A stretch of DNA of 9,660 nt from a virus (lineage: Duplodnaviria; Heunggongvirae; Uroviricota; Caudoviricetes), in the IMG/VR virus record IMGVR_UViG_2636415712_000005, positions 1 through 9,660 of that record; one strand, written 5' to 3'. This document shows, piece after piece, positions 1-9,333 of the stretch (position 1 is the stretch's first letter; each line of letters starts with the position of its first letter). The position numbers and the translations under genes were made by a program. A model generated the notes under the pieces. The model saw only the letters and a list, made by a program, of their open reading frames with translations. It did not search any database and had not been told where the DNA came from.

Positions 1-1169
<1,169 letters not shown>

Positions 1170-1205
1170 TGGAGCACCTGTGTTGTTCTGAGGTGAGCAT
1201 ATCAC

Positions 1206-1241
1206 CTCTGTTCAGGTGGCCAAATTCAGTGTGCCACTTCA
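1206..1241. repeat. IS911 terminal inverted repeat (orfA-proximal end)
   Basis: The IS-outward end at 1241 reads TGAAGTGGCACACTGAATTTGGCCACCTGAACAGAG on the minus strand. It shares the TGAAGTGG...TGGCCACC pattern with the opposite end. Confidence 0.7.
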
Positions 1242-2108
1242 CCTGGCTGGGATTTTGTGTCTGATGCAGAGCGACTGATGTTCTCCCGTGAGCTAAACCG
1301 CGACATGGGCATCAGTTACTTCCTGAACCCTGACGATTACCGCAAAGCAGGCCGCAACCTGGTAGATGGTGACATCTTCGGGCGCGTTCCTGAAGAAGCA
1401 TATCGAAACGGTACTATTCAGCGTCAGATTGCTGGCTTTGATGAAATTCTTCGCTCACCGAAACTTCCGGCAGTTACCAAGTCAACCGCGACTGGTGTAA
1501 CTGTTTCTGGTGCGCAGAAGTTTAAGCCGCAGGCATACACCCTTGATACCGATGGTAACAAAGAGAACGTCGACAACCGTGTTGCAACGGTGACCGTATC
1601 CTCCACCACCGGATTTAAGCGCGGCGACAAAATCAGCTTCATTGGTGTGAAGTTCCTGTCTCAGATGGCGAAGAATGTGCTGACTGATGACGCGACTTTC
1701 TCAATCACCCGTGTGATCGATGGTACTCACATCGAAATCACGCCGAAGCCGATTGCGCTGGATGACGCGTCACTGACAAAAGAAGAGAAGGCTTACGCTA
1801 ACGTAAACACCTCTCTTGCTGATACCACTCCGGTAAACGTTCTGAACGTGGCAACAACCACCGCTAACGTGTTCTGGGCTGATGACTCAATCCGCCTGCT
1901 GTCTCAGCCGATCCCGGTAACCCATGAACTGTTTGCTGGCATGAAAACGTCTTCCTTCAGCATTCCAGGTATTGGTGTTAACGGCATCTTCGCAACGCAG
2001 GGTGATATCAACACTCTGTCTGGTAAGTGCCGTATTGCTGTGTGGTATTCAGCATGTGCTGTACGACCAGAGGCAATTGGTGTTGGTCTGCCTAACCAGA
2101 CCGCGTGA
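1242..2108 (+). pseudogene. 3' fragment (about 288 codons) of a P22-type major capsid (coat, gene 5) gene, interrupted by the IS911 insertion
   Basis: The reading frame is open from the first base after the IS911 end (translation ...[27 protein letters not shown]...) to TGA at 2106-2108. The sequence strongly resembles the C-terminal two-thirds of P22 coat protein as I recall it ([38 protein letters not shown], ending ...GVGLP-QTA). The N-terminal ~140 codons must lie beyond the IS, outside the window. Confidence 0.85.
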
Positions 2109-2116
2109 TAACCAGA

Positions 2117-2138
2117 GGGAGCTTCGGCTCCCGTTTTT
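2117..2138 (+). terminator. Intrinsic terminator-like hairpin 10 nt downstream of the coat stop
   Basis: GGGAGC (2117-2122), TTCG loop (2123-2126), GCTCCC (2127-2132): a perfect 6-bp GC-rich stem with a UUCG tetraloop, followed by G then TTTTT (2134-2138). Confidence 0.6.
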
Positions 2139-2152
2139 ATCTGGAGACAAGC

Positions 2153-2377
2153 ATGACACACATGATCTTTCGTCATGGCGACATGAAGAAGTGGAAAGGC
2201 GTTGGCTACGACTTTGAAATCGTGAAAGCCGAAGAGCTTCAGGAATATCTGGATGCTGGCTGGTTTTCACATCCTGATGACCTTTTGAAGGATGTTGCAG
2301 AGCCAGAAGAAAAACAGTGTAAAAAGCCTGGTCGAAAACCTAAGGCGGCAGCAGATGAACCTGACAACGAAGGGTGA
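2153..2377 (+). CDS. Small hypothetical protein (74 aa) between coat and gp4; occupies the position of the small ORF found here in P22-like phages
   Basis: ATG at 2153 preceded by GGAGA (2143-2147) with 5-nt spacing. Product [74 protein letters not shown]. Its 3' end overlaps the gp4 start by 23 nt. No family recognised; coding status rests on the RBS and the compact operon context. Confidence 0.5.
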   Translation: MTHMIFRHGDMKKWKGVGYDFEIVKAEELQEYLDAGWFSHPDDLLKDVAEPEEKQCKKPGRKPKAAADEPDNEG

Positions 2378-2855
2378 TTTAGTTCTTGCGGCATTACGTA
2401 AGCTCGGTGTTGCATCAAATGCCACGTTAACCGATGTCGAACCGCAGTCTATGGAAGACGGCGTCAACGACCTTGAAATGATGATGGCTGAATGGCTTGG
2501 CGGTGATGCGTCACCTGGTATCAACGTTGGCTACATTTTTGCTGATGCAGATGTTGCTCCGGATCCGGGCGATGAGCACGGTTTATCAAATAACGCTATC
2601 AATGCCGTCATTTTCAACCTTGCCTGCCGAATTGCTCCAGATTATGCGCTGGAAGCGTCTGCAAAACTTATAACCACTGCCAGATACGGGAAAGAGCGAC
2701 TCGTCAAACTGTCTGCAATGGACAGGGCAAAAGCAGCTAAATGTAAGTCCGGTTATCCAAACCGTATGCCTGTTGGTAGTGGTAACCAGTTGGCGAAGTG
2801 GAATGGTTGGAATTACTTCCACCGAAAGGAACCTTGCGATAACGGGAGCGAATAA
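2355..2855 (+). CDS. P22 gp4-like tail accessory / packaged-DNA stabilisation protein (166 aa)
   Basis: Start [33 protein letters not shown]... chosen over the track's upstream start (2292) because it follows an AAGGCGG Shine-Dalgarno and gives 166 aa, the length of P22 gp4. Motifs remembered from gp4 are present ([40 protein letters not shown]). Stop TAA overlaps the next ATG (TAATG). Confidence 0.8.
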   Translation: MNLTTKGDLVLAALRKLGVASNATLTDVEPQSMEDGVNDLEMMMAEWLGGDASPGINVGYIFADADVAPDPGDEHGLSNNAINAVIFNLACRIAPDYALEASAKLITTARYGKERLVKLSAMDRAKAAKCKSGYPNRMPVGSGNQLAKWNGWNYFHRKEPCDNGSE

Positions 2856-4273
2856 TGCCTATTCAGCAACTTCCGCTTATGAAAGGTGTCGGCAAAGACT
2901 TCCGAAACGCCGACTATATCGACTATCTGCCAGTGAATATGCTGGCTACACCCAAAGAAATCCTGAACAGCAGCGGATATCTTCGCTCATTCCCGGGCAT
3001 TGCCAAACGTTCTGACGTGAACGGTGTATCTCGCGGCGTCGAGTACAACATGGCGCAGAATGCTGTTTATCGCGTGTGTGGCGGCAAGCTGTACAAAGGA
3101 GAAAGTGAAGTCGGTGATGTTGCCGGAAGTGGTCGTGTATCAATGGCGCATGGTCGGACATCACAGGCGGTAGGCGTTAATGGTCAACTGGTCGAGTATC
3201 GCTATGATGGCACGGTCAAAACCGTCTCAAACTGGCCTACAGACAGTGGATTCACTCAGTATGAGTTAGGTTCAGTTCGCGACATTACGCGCTTACGTGG
3301 GCGTTATGCGTGGTCAAAAGACGGAACTGATTCATGGTTTATCACTGACCTTGAAGACGAATCTCATCCTGACCGTTACAGCGCACAATATCGTGCCGAG
3401 TCTCAGCCTGACGGCATCATCGGTATCGGGACATGGCGAGACTTCATCGTCTGCTTTGGTTCATCGACTATTGAATATTTCTCCCTGACTGGCGCAACCA
3501 CCGTTGGTGCCGCTTTGTATGTTGCACAACCATCGCTGATGGTGCAGAAAGGCATTGCCGGAACTTACTGCAAAACGCCATTCGCTGATTCGTATGCGTT
3601 TATCAGCAATCCGGCAACGGGTGCGCCGTCTGTGTATATCATCGACTCCGGTCAGGTGTCACCAATTGCCAGCGCGAGCATTGAGAAAATCCTCCGCTCC
3701 TACACTGCTGATGAACTGGCTGATGGTGTGATGGAATCGCTGCGATTTGATGCTCATGAGTTGCTGATTATCCACCTTCCGCGTCACGTCCTCGTGTACG
3801 ACGCATCTTCAAGCGCCAATGGCCCACAATGGTGTGTGCTGAAAACAGGTCTGTATGACGATGTGTACCGCGCTATCGACTTCGTTTACGAAGGCAATCA
3901 GATAACGTGCGGCGATAAGCTGGAATCTGTTACCGGGAAACTGCAATTCGATATCAGCAGCCAGTACGACAAGCAACAGGAACACCTGCTGTTTACTCCA
4001 CTCTTCAAAGCGGATAACGCCAGAGTGTTCGACCTTGAGGTTGAATCGTCAACTGGCGTTGCGCAGTACGCCGACCGCCTTTTTCTCTCTGCAACCACTG
4101 ACTGCATCAATTACGGGCGTGAGCAGATGATTGAGCAGAATGAACCGTTCGTTTACGACAAGCGTGTTTTGTGGAAGCGAGTAGGGCGCATCAGGAAAAA
4201 TGTCGGCTTCAAATTGCGCGTTATCACGAAGTCACCTGTCACTCTGTCTGGCGCTCAGATAAGGATTGAGTAA
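2855..4273 (+). CDS. P22 gp10-like tail accessory / packaged-DNA stabilisation protein (472 aa)
   Basis: Synteny directly after gp4 and a length of 472 aa, identical to P22 gp10. Start overlaps the gp4 stop (TAATG at 2853-2857); stop overlaps the next start (TAATG at 4271-4275). Confidence 0.85.
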   Translation: MPIQQLPLMKGVGKDFRNADYIDYLPVNMLATPKEILNSSGYLRSFPGIAKRSDVNGVSRGVEYNMAQNAVYRVCGGKLYKGESEVGDVAGSGRVSMAHGRTSQAVGVNGQLVEYRYDGTVKTVSNWPTDSGFTQYELGSVRDITRLRGRYAWSKDGTDSWFITDLEDESHPDRYSAQYRAESQPDGIIGIGTWRDFIVCFGSSTIEYFSLTGATTVGAALYVAQPSLMVQKGIAGTYCKTPFADSYAFISNPATGAPSVYIIDSGQVSPIASASIEKILRSYTADELADGVMESLRFDAHELLIIHLPRHVLVYDASSSANGPQWCVLKTGLYDDVYRAIDFVYEGNQITCGDKLESVTGKLQFDISSQYDKQQEHLLFTPLFKADNARVFDLEVESSTGVAQYADRLFLSATTDCINYGREQMIEQNEPFVYDKRVLWKRVGRIRKNVGFKLRVITKSPVTLSGAQIRIE

Positions 4274-5070
4274 TGGCTGATTCGAATCTCAATGTGCCGG
4301 TAATCATCCAAGCTACGCGGCTCGATACATCAGTCCTTCCACGCAATATCTTCTCGCAGTCGTATCTGCTTTACGTTATCGCACAGGGCACTGATGTTGG
4401 TAACGTGGCTAACAAAGCCAACGAGGCCGGACAGGGCGCTTATGATGCACAGGTCAGGAACGATGAGCAGGATGTGATTCTCGCTGACCATGAGCAGCGA
4501 ATTTCTGCTGCGGAAGCAACGCTTGTTAATCATGAGGAGCGAATCAGACAGGCAGAATCAACTCTTCAGGACCATGAAACACGAATAGCTCAGAATGAAA
4601 GCGATATTTCGTCGCTTGACACAAGAGTTCAGTCGCTGGAGTCGCAGGTTTCAGACCATGAAACGCGCATCGATGCTCTGGAGTATGCAACCACACGCAA
4701 GAAGTCAGAGGTTGTTTACTCTGGTGTATCTGTAACCATCCCGACAGCGCCGACCAACCTTGTTAGCCTGCTGAAAACGCTCACACCGTCATCCGGCTCG
4801 TTGGCACCATTCTTCGACACCGTTAACAACAAGATGGTTGTGTTCAACGAGAACAAAACCCTGCTCTTCAAGTTGTCGATTGTCGGCACGTGGCCCAGCG
4901 GAACCGCCAACAGGTCAATGCAGCTAACCTTTTCCGGCTCTGTTCCTGACACACTGGTCAGCAGTCGTAATGCGGCGACAACAACCGACAACATCCTGTT
5001 AGCTACGTTCTTCAGCGTGGATAAAGACGGCTTTCTTGCCACAACCATCAAGATAATCGCGGAGCAGTGA
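4273..5070 (+). CDS. Tail needle (P22 gp26-like N-terminus, trimeric coiled-coil shaft, divergent C-terminal distal domain), 265 aa
   Basis: N-terminus [43 protein letters not shown]... resembles the conserved gp26 N-terminal portal/gp10-plug domain as I recall it. Residues ~60-137 are a heptad-periodic segment with four D/N-H-E-x-R-I motifs spaced by 14 or 28 residues. Residues ~140-265 are beta-rich and not coiled-coil, unlike the all-helical P22 gp26. Confidence 0.85.
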   Translation: MADSNLNVPVIIQATRLDTSVLPRNIFSQSYLLYVIAQGTDVGNVANKANEAGQGAYDAQVRNDEQDVILADHEQRISAAEATLVNHEERIRQAESTLQDHETRIAQNESDISSLDTRVQSLESQVSDHETRIDALEYATTRKKSEVVYSGVSVTIPTAPTNLVSLLKTLTPSSGSLAPFFDTVNNKMVVFNENKTLLFKLSIVGTWPSGTANRSMQLTFSGSVPDTLVSSRNAATTTDNILLATFFSVDKDGFLATTIKIIAEQ

Positions 5071-5525
5071 TGATTACATTCAAACCAACGCGAAACATCG
5101 ACCTGATAGAAGCAGTCGGAAATCACCCTGACATTATCGCCGGGAGCAACAACGGTGATGGATACGACTACAAACCTGAATGCCGTTACTTTGAGGTGAA
5201 CGTGCACGGTCAGTTTGGCGGCATTGTTTACTATCAGGAGATTCAGCCGCTGACATTAGATTGCCACGCCATGTACCTGCCAGAGATTCGCGGCTTCAGC
5301 AAGGAAATTGGGCTGGCGTTCTGGCGATACATTCTGACTAACACCACCGTTCAGTGCGTAACATCGTTCGCTGCACGCAAATTCCGACACGGTCAGATGT
5401 ACTGCGCAATGATTGGCCTTAAGCGTGTAGGAACCATCAAGAAATACTTCAAAGGCGTGGATGACGTGACTTTTTACAGCGCCACACGCGAAGAACTAAT
5501 CGACTTCCTGAATCACGGGAGATAG
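5070..5525 (+). CDS. Gene-14-position protein (P22 gp14-like by synteny; virion assembly / ejection-associated), 151 aa
   Basis: ATG at 5070 overlaps the tail-needle stop (TGATG); the track uses a GTG one codon upstream (5067). Assignment is by position between the tail needle and the gp7-like gene; I do not recall the gp14 sequence well enough to confirm by similarity. Confidence 0.55.
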   Translation: MITFKPTRNIDLIEAVGNHPDIIAGSNNGDGYDYKPECRYFEVNVHGQFGGIVYYQEIQPLTLDCHAMYLPEIRGFSKEIGLAFWRYILTNTTVQCVTSFAARKFRHGQMYCAMIGLKRVGTIKKYFKGVDDVTFYSATREELIDFLNHGR

Positions 5526-5527
5526 CC

Positions 5528-6136
5528 ATGTTATATGCATTTAAGCTGGGCAGAAAACTGTGCGGCGAGGAACCTTATTGCCCTGAAAAAGGCGGGAAAG
5601 GTGGCAGTTCTGATAAAAGCGCAAAGTATGCAGCAGAAGCCCAGAAGTATGCTGCAGACCTGCAAAATCAGCAGTGGCAGACGATCATGAAAAACCTTGC
5701 TCCGTTCACGCCTCTTGCGGAGCAGTATGTTAACCAGCTTCAGAACCTTTCCAGTTTAGAAGGTCAGGGGCAGGCACTTAATCAGTATTACAACTCTAAG
5801 CAGTATAAAGACCTTGCAGGGCAGGCGCGTTACCAGAGTCTTGCTGCTGCGGAGGCGACGGGTGGACTTGGTTCGACAGCCACAAGCAATCAACTGGCTA
5901 CGATCGCGCCGACACTCGGTCAGTCTTGGTTATCAAATCAGATGAGCAATTACAACAATCTGGCAAACGTTGGGCTTGGTGCGCTGCAAGGTCAGGCAAA
6001 CGCCGGGCAGACGTACGCCAACAACATGAGCAGCATTGCACAGCAAAGCGCAGCTCTTGCCAGCCTTTTGGGAACATCAACGCCTTGGGGCGCTGGTATT
6101 GGTGCTGGTATCGGATTGCTTGGCTCGTTGTTTTAA
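5528..6136 (+). CDS. P22 gp7-like ejection (internal virion) protein, 202 aa
   Basis: N-terminus MLYAFKLGRKLCGEEPYCPEKGGKGGSS resembles the gp7 leader region as I recall it. GGGAG Shine-Dalgarno at 5516-5520. Gly/Ala/Gln-rich with a C-terminal glycine-zipper-like hydrophobic tail (WGAGIGAGIGLLGSLF). Correct synteny. Confidence 0.75.
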   Translation: MLYAFKLGRKLCGEEPYCPEKGGKGGSSDKSAKYAAEAQKYAADLQNQQWQTIMKNLAPFTPLAEQYVNQLQNLSSLEGQGQALNQYYNSKQYKDLAGQARYQSLAAAEATGGLGSTATSNQLATIAPTLGQSWLSNQMSNYNNLANVGLGALQGQANAGQTYANNMSSIAQQSAALASLLGTSTPWGAGIGAGIGLLGSLF

Positions 6137-6145
6137 GGGGTAATC

Positions 6146-7477
6146 ATGGCTACTTGGCAAGGAACAAACGGCGGATTGTTGGCTGGTATCGGCGGCGTCA
6201 ACTCAAACGCTCCGAGCGTAAATGACATCGGCAATACGCTTCAGCTTATCAGGCAGAACAATGATATTGAGCGTTCAGGCGCTAACAATGTTGGGCTGAC
6301 TGCTTTGCAAGGTCTTTCAGGTATTGCGGGTGTTTTTCAGCAGGAAAAGCAGGCTCAGCGGCAGAAAGAATTTCAGCAGGCGTACGCTAATGCTTATGCG
6401 TCTGGTGATCGCGGTGCTTTGCGTCAGTTGGCTACTCAATATCCAGACCAGATTGAATCCGTTCGTAAAGGCATGGGATTCATTGATGAAGAGCAGCGTA
6501 ATTCTATCGGCACCTTAGCGGCTGGCGCACGCCTTGCGTCATCGTCTCCAGAAGCAATGCAATCATGGCTGCAAAACAACGCCGGTGAGTTAGCTCGTGT
6601 TGGCGTTAATCCTCATGACGTCGCTCAGATGTACCAACAGAACCCGCGGCAGTTCGGCGAATTTGTCGATCACCTGGGGATGAACAGTCTCGGGCCCGAA
6701 AAATACTTTGACCTACAGGATAAAATGCAGGGTCGCCAGGTTACCATGCGCGGTCAGGATCTGGATTCGCAAACCGCCGCTCGGAATCAGGCAATCACAA
6801 TGCGCGGACAAGATATCCAGGCGAATTTAGGTCAGCAGCGCATTAATCTGGACGCAGAAACAAACCGCATTAACAACGAAAATAAGCGCCTTGACCGGAT
6901 GCTATCAGCAGAAACTAACGACCTGAAGCGCCAGGAAATACAGAGCCGCATAGCAGCCAACAACCAGCAGTTGCAGCAGAAGCAGCAAGCGCTAAATGAT
7001 GGCTACAAAGACGGCATCAACACCCTCACAACCAGCATGTTCACTCTGAACGATATCGTTAGTTCTCCTTCACTTAAGAGCATTACAGGCTTACGTGGAG
7101 TAATCCCCAACGTTCCAGGCTCACAGGCTGCAGACACTCAGGCACGACTTGATACCTTTAAATCACAAGCATACCTGACAGCGGTTCAGGCCATGCGAGG
7201 CATGGGCGCACTTTCTGATGCCGAGGGCAAAAAGCTCGACCAGGCTGTTGGTTCGCTGCAGAACTCGCAGAGCGAGGAGTCCTTTCGTCGCAACGCTGGC
7301 GTCATCCTGAACACGCTCAACCAGAAGCGTAATGAGGCGGTTGGTAAGTACGTTCAGCAAAACGGTATCAAGCGAGTGGAAGCGCCTCAGGCTTCTATAG
7401 ATTACCTGAAGCAGCACCCCGAGCTGTCAATCGACTTCATTAATCGCTACGGATATCTTCCATCTTTGGGGCAGTAA
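6146..7477 (+). CDS. P22 gp20-like ejection (internal virion) protein, 443 aa
   Basis: Synteny after gp7, with AAGGGG Shine-Dalgarno at 6135-6140. Gly-rich N-terminus and a long Q/N-rich predicted coiled-coil (RINNENKRLDRMLSAETNDLKRQEIQSRIAANNQQLQQKQQALN). Stop TAA is immediately followed by the next ATG (TAAATG). Confidence 0.7.
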   Translation: MATWQGTNGGLLAGIGGVNSNAPSVNDIGNTLQLIRQNNDIERSGANNVGLTALQGLSGIAGVFQQEKQAQRQKEFQQAYANAYASGDRGALRQLATQYPDQIESVRKGMGFIDEEQRNSIGTLAAGARLASSSPEAMQSWLQNNAGELARVGVNPHDVAQMYQQNPRQFGEFVDHLGMNSLGPEKYFDLQDKMQGRQVTMRGQDLDSQTAARNQAITMRGQDIQANLGQQRINLDAETNRINNENKRLDRMLSAETNDLKRQEIQSRIAANNQQLQQKQQALNDGYKDGINTLTTSMFTLNDIVSSPSLKSITGLRGVIPNVPGSQAADTQARLDTFKSQAYLTAVQAMRGMGALSDAEGKKLDQAVGSLQNSQSEESFRRNAGVILNTLNQKRNEAVGKYVQQNGIKRVEAPQASIDYLKQHPELSIDFINRYGYLPSLGQ

Positions 7478-9208
7478 ATGGCTAATTACCGTGATTTGTT
7501 AGAGCAGGCTGGCGCACGTTACGGTGTGCCAGAAGGGTTGATGACTGCACTGGGTGCCAAGGAGTCTTCTTACAACCCTGCCGCAGTAAGCTCCGCCGGG
7601 GCTGTAGGATTGACTCAGGTCATGCCTGGGACATGGCGTGATATGGGTTATACCGATGAGCAAATGCAAAACCCCGAATATCAGGCTGACGCTGGCGCGC
7701 GCTATCTGGCAAAGATGTACCAGCAGTTTGGTAACTGGCGTGACGCTCTTCAGGCTTATCACGACGGTCCCGGCAACGTTATGAAGGCAAAGCGTGGTGA
7801 ATATACGCCAGGACCTGAAGGCCGCGGTTACGTTGATGATCGCTTTGCTCAATGGGCTGGTGACCCGGTGACAGACTCAACAGTCGAACAGCGCGCCACC
7901 TCTGCAAAGGTACATCCTCAGCAAGACCCTAACAACCCGTTTGCACAACTGGAAGTACAGTCATCCGAACAAGTATCGGCATCAGGTGTGCAGTCAGACC
8001 CAAATAATCCATTTGCTCAGATTGAGCAGCAGGCAGCCAGTCAGCAGCCACCTCAACCCGTAAGTTCTGTCGCACCGAAACCTGTTCAGCAACAAACAGT
8101 TAATCAGGCCAATAATGCACCAACACGGGAAGAACCATCATTGATGCAACAAGCTGGCGATTGGCTCACTGGTGGTCAAAGTGCAGGGCAAATTGCAGAA
8201 CAGGCTGGTCGTGGTCTGGTAAACATACCATTTGACGTATTGCAGGGTGGCGCAAGTCTGATTAATGCAATCAGTCAGGGGCTTGGGGGGCCAAAAGTAT
8301 TGGATGATGTTTATCGTCCAGTAGACAGACCGACAGACCCCTACGCGCAAGCTGGAGAGTCAATAGGCGGTTATCTTGTTCCTGGAGCAGGTGTAGCTGG
8401 AAACATGGTCATTGGTTCTCTCGCTGACGCGGCGAATCAACGGGGTGATTTTGCCGAAAATGCCGCTATTAATGCCGGACTTAGCATTGCTACGCATGGC
8501 CTGATAAATGGCGTTACCCGTGGTGTTCGTGGTGCATCAAATATAATTAGTGGCAATAAAACATCTGCACAGAGAGCGACCACTGCGCCAACAGAAACAT
8601 CACCATTCTCCGGTGATGCCGCTGCAGCAACAAATCCTGCGGTTCATGCCGCAGAGGCAAGAGTAGCACAAGGTGTACCAATGACGCCTGCGACGAAGAA
8701 CCCAGAGGAAGTCGTTCGCACAGTAGCAGCACAAAAAAGGCCAAATCTCGCTTCATCGCTTGATGAACTAGATATCAATCCTCAGGCTGAAGTTCTGGAG
8801 TCTGCTGAAAGGCTTAATGTTGATTCATTACTCCCTTCACACTTTTCCGGGAACGAGCAATACAAGGCAGTTGAGCAAGCAATCAAGTCCCGTGCGGGTT
8901 CTGCTCTACAGGTGCAGGAAAATGAAGCAATCAGGCAGCTAGCACAGGGCGCGGGTGAGATAATTGATCGCGTTTCCGGTGCAAAAGATGCTCTTGGTAT
9001 GAGCGACAAGTTTATTGATACGGTCAATGGAAGAATGTCTGCGCTGATGAAACGAAGCGACCAGCTTTATCGCAATGTTGAAAAGGCGATGCCTGCAGGT
9101 GCAAAAATTGATGCGCCATCAACAAGGTCAATGCTCAAACAGGTGGCAGAAGATCTTGGCGGGATGAAAAACCTTGACCCTATTGAAAAGAGAGTTGAGG
9201 TAGCCTGA
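7478..9208 (+). CDS. Gene-16-position ejection protein with N-terminal lytic transglycosylase (SLT) domain, 576 aa
   Basis: Residues ~20-125 carry family-1 SLT hallmarks: catalytic Glu in GAKESSYNP (codon at 7562-7564), [14 protein letters not shown], and [13 protein letters not shown]-rich linker follows with two tandem DPNNPFAQ(L/I)E repeats (7925-7960 and 7997-8032), then a ~380-aa C-terminal region. Position corresponds to P22 gene 16. Confidence 0.8.
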   Translation: MANYRDLLEQAGARYGVPEGLMTALGAKESSYNPAAVSSAGAVGLTQVMPGTWRDMGYTDEQMQNPEYQADAGARYLAKMYQQFGNWRDALQAYHDGPGNVMKAKRGEYTPGPEGRGYVDDRFAQWAGDPVTDSTVEQRATSAKVHPQQDPNNPFAQLEVQSSEQVSASGVQSDPNNPFAQIEQQAASQQPPQPVSSVAPKPVQQQTVNQANNAPTREEPSLMQQAGDWLTGGQSAGQIAEQAGRGLVNIPFDVLQGGASLINAISQGLGGPKVLDDVYRPVDRPTDPYAQAGESIGGYLVPGAGVAGNMVIGSLADAANQRGDFAENAAINAGLSIATHGLINGVTRGVRGASNIISGNKTSAQRATTAPTETSPFSGDAAAATNPAVHAAEARVAQGVPMTPATKNPEEVVRTVAAQKRPNLASSLDELDINPQAEVLESAERLNVDSLLPSHFSGNEQYKAVEQAIKSRAGSALQVQENEAIRQLAQGAGEIIDRVSGAKDALGMSDKFIDTVNGRMSALMKRSDQLYRNVEKAMPAGAKIDAPSTRSMLKQVAEDLGGMKNLDPIEKRVEVA

Positions 9209-9220
9209 GTTTAACGGACA

Positions 9221-9253
9221 CTCCTTCCTGAAATAGAATGGCATCAGAAGGAG
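9221..9253 (+). promoter_or_regulatory. Inverted repeat able to sequester the Shine-Dalgarno of the downstream (IS-truncated) gene
   Basis: CTCCTTC (9221-9227) is the exact reverse complement of GAAGGAG (9247-9253), which is the Shine-Dalgarno of the ATG at 9260. A 7-bp stem with a 19-nt loop. Confidence 0.3.
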
Positions 9254-9259
9254 CTAATA

Positions 9260-9279
9260 ATGAGCAGAAAAACCCAACG
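9260..9279 (+). pseudogene. 5' stub of an unknown gene (MSRKTQR...) truncated by the IS629 insertion
   Basis: Strong Shine-Dalgarno AAGGAG (9248-9253), 6-nt spacer, ATG at 9260. The frame runs straight into the IS629 terminal repeat after 7 codons. Confidence 0.4.
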
Positions 9280-9305
9280 TGAACCGCCCCGGGAATCCTG
9301 GAGAC
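9280..9305. repeat. IS629 left terminal inverted repeat
   Basis: Begins with the IS3-family terminal TG(A) at 9280. The exact inner boundary cannot be set without the partner repeat, which lies outside the window. Confidence 0.55.
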
Positions 9306-9333
9306 TAAACTTCCTGAGAAAGAGGTAAACAGG

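Noticed and set aside
2292-2354. Longer start for the gp4-like gene (the track's 187-aa version)
   Set aside because: The ATG at 2355 gives exactly the P22 gp4 length (166 aa), has a Shine-Dalgarno, and the conserved N-terminal motif begins right after it. The upstream extension would run through the small ORF in another frame.
4716-5207. 163-aa minus-strand ORF antisense to the tail needle and gene-14-position gene
   Set aside because: It spans a gene junction on the opposite strand of a tightly coupled operon, has no evident Shine-Dalgarno, and its translation looks like typical antisense noise (Val/Leu/Ser-rich).
5926-6225. 99-aa plus-strand ORF in an alternative frame across the gp7-like/gp20-like junction
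   Set aside because: Arg/Trp-rich translation typical of an off-frame read through a Gln/Ala/Gly-rich gene; the in-frame genes fully explain the region.
7499-7852. 117-aa minus-strand ORF antisense to the SLT domain
   Set aside because: Completely embedded antisense to a strongly supported conserved domain; no independent evidence of coding.
9260-9328. 22-codon ORF ([22 protein letters not shown]) reading from the truncated gene into IS629
   Set aside because: It is a chimeric read-through created by the insertion. Codons 8-22 are IS629 terminal-repeat sequence, so it is not a native gene product.
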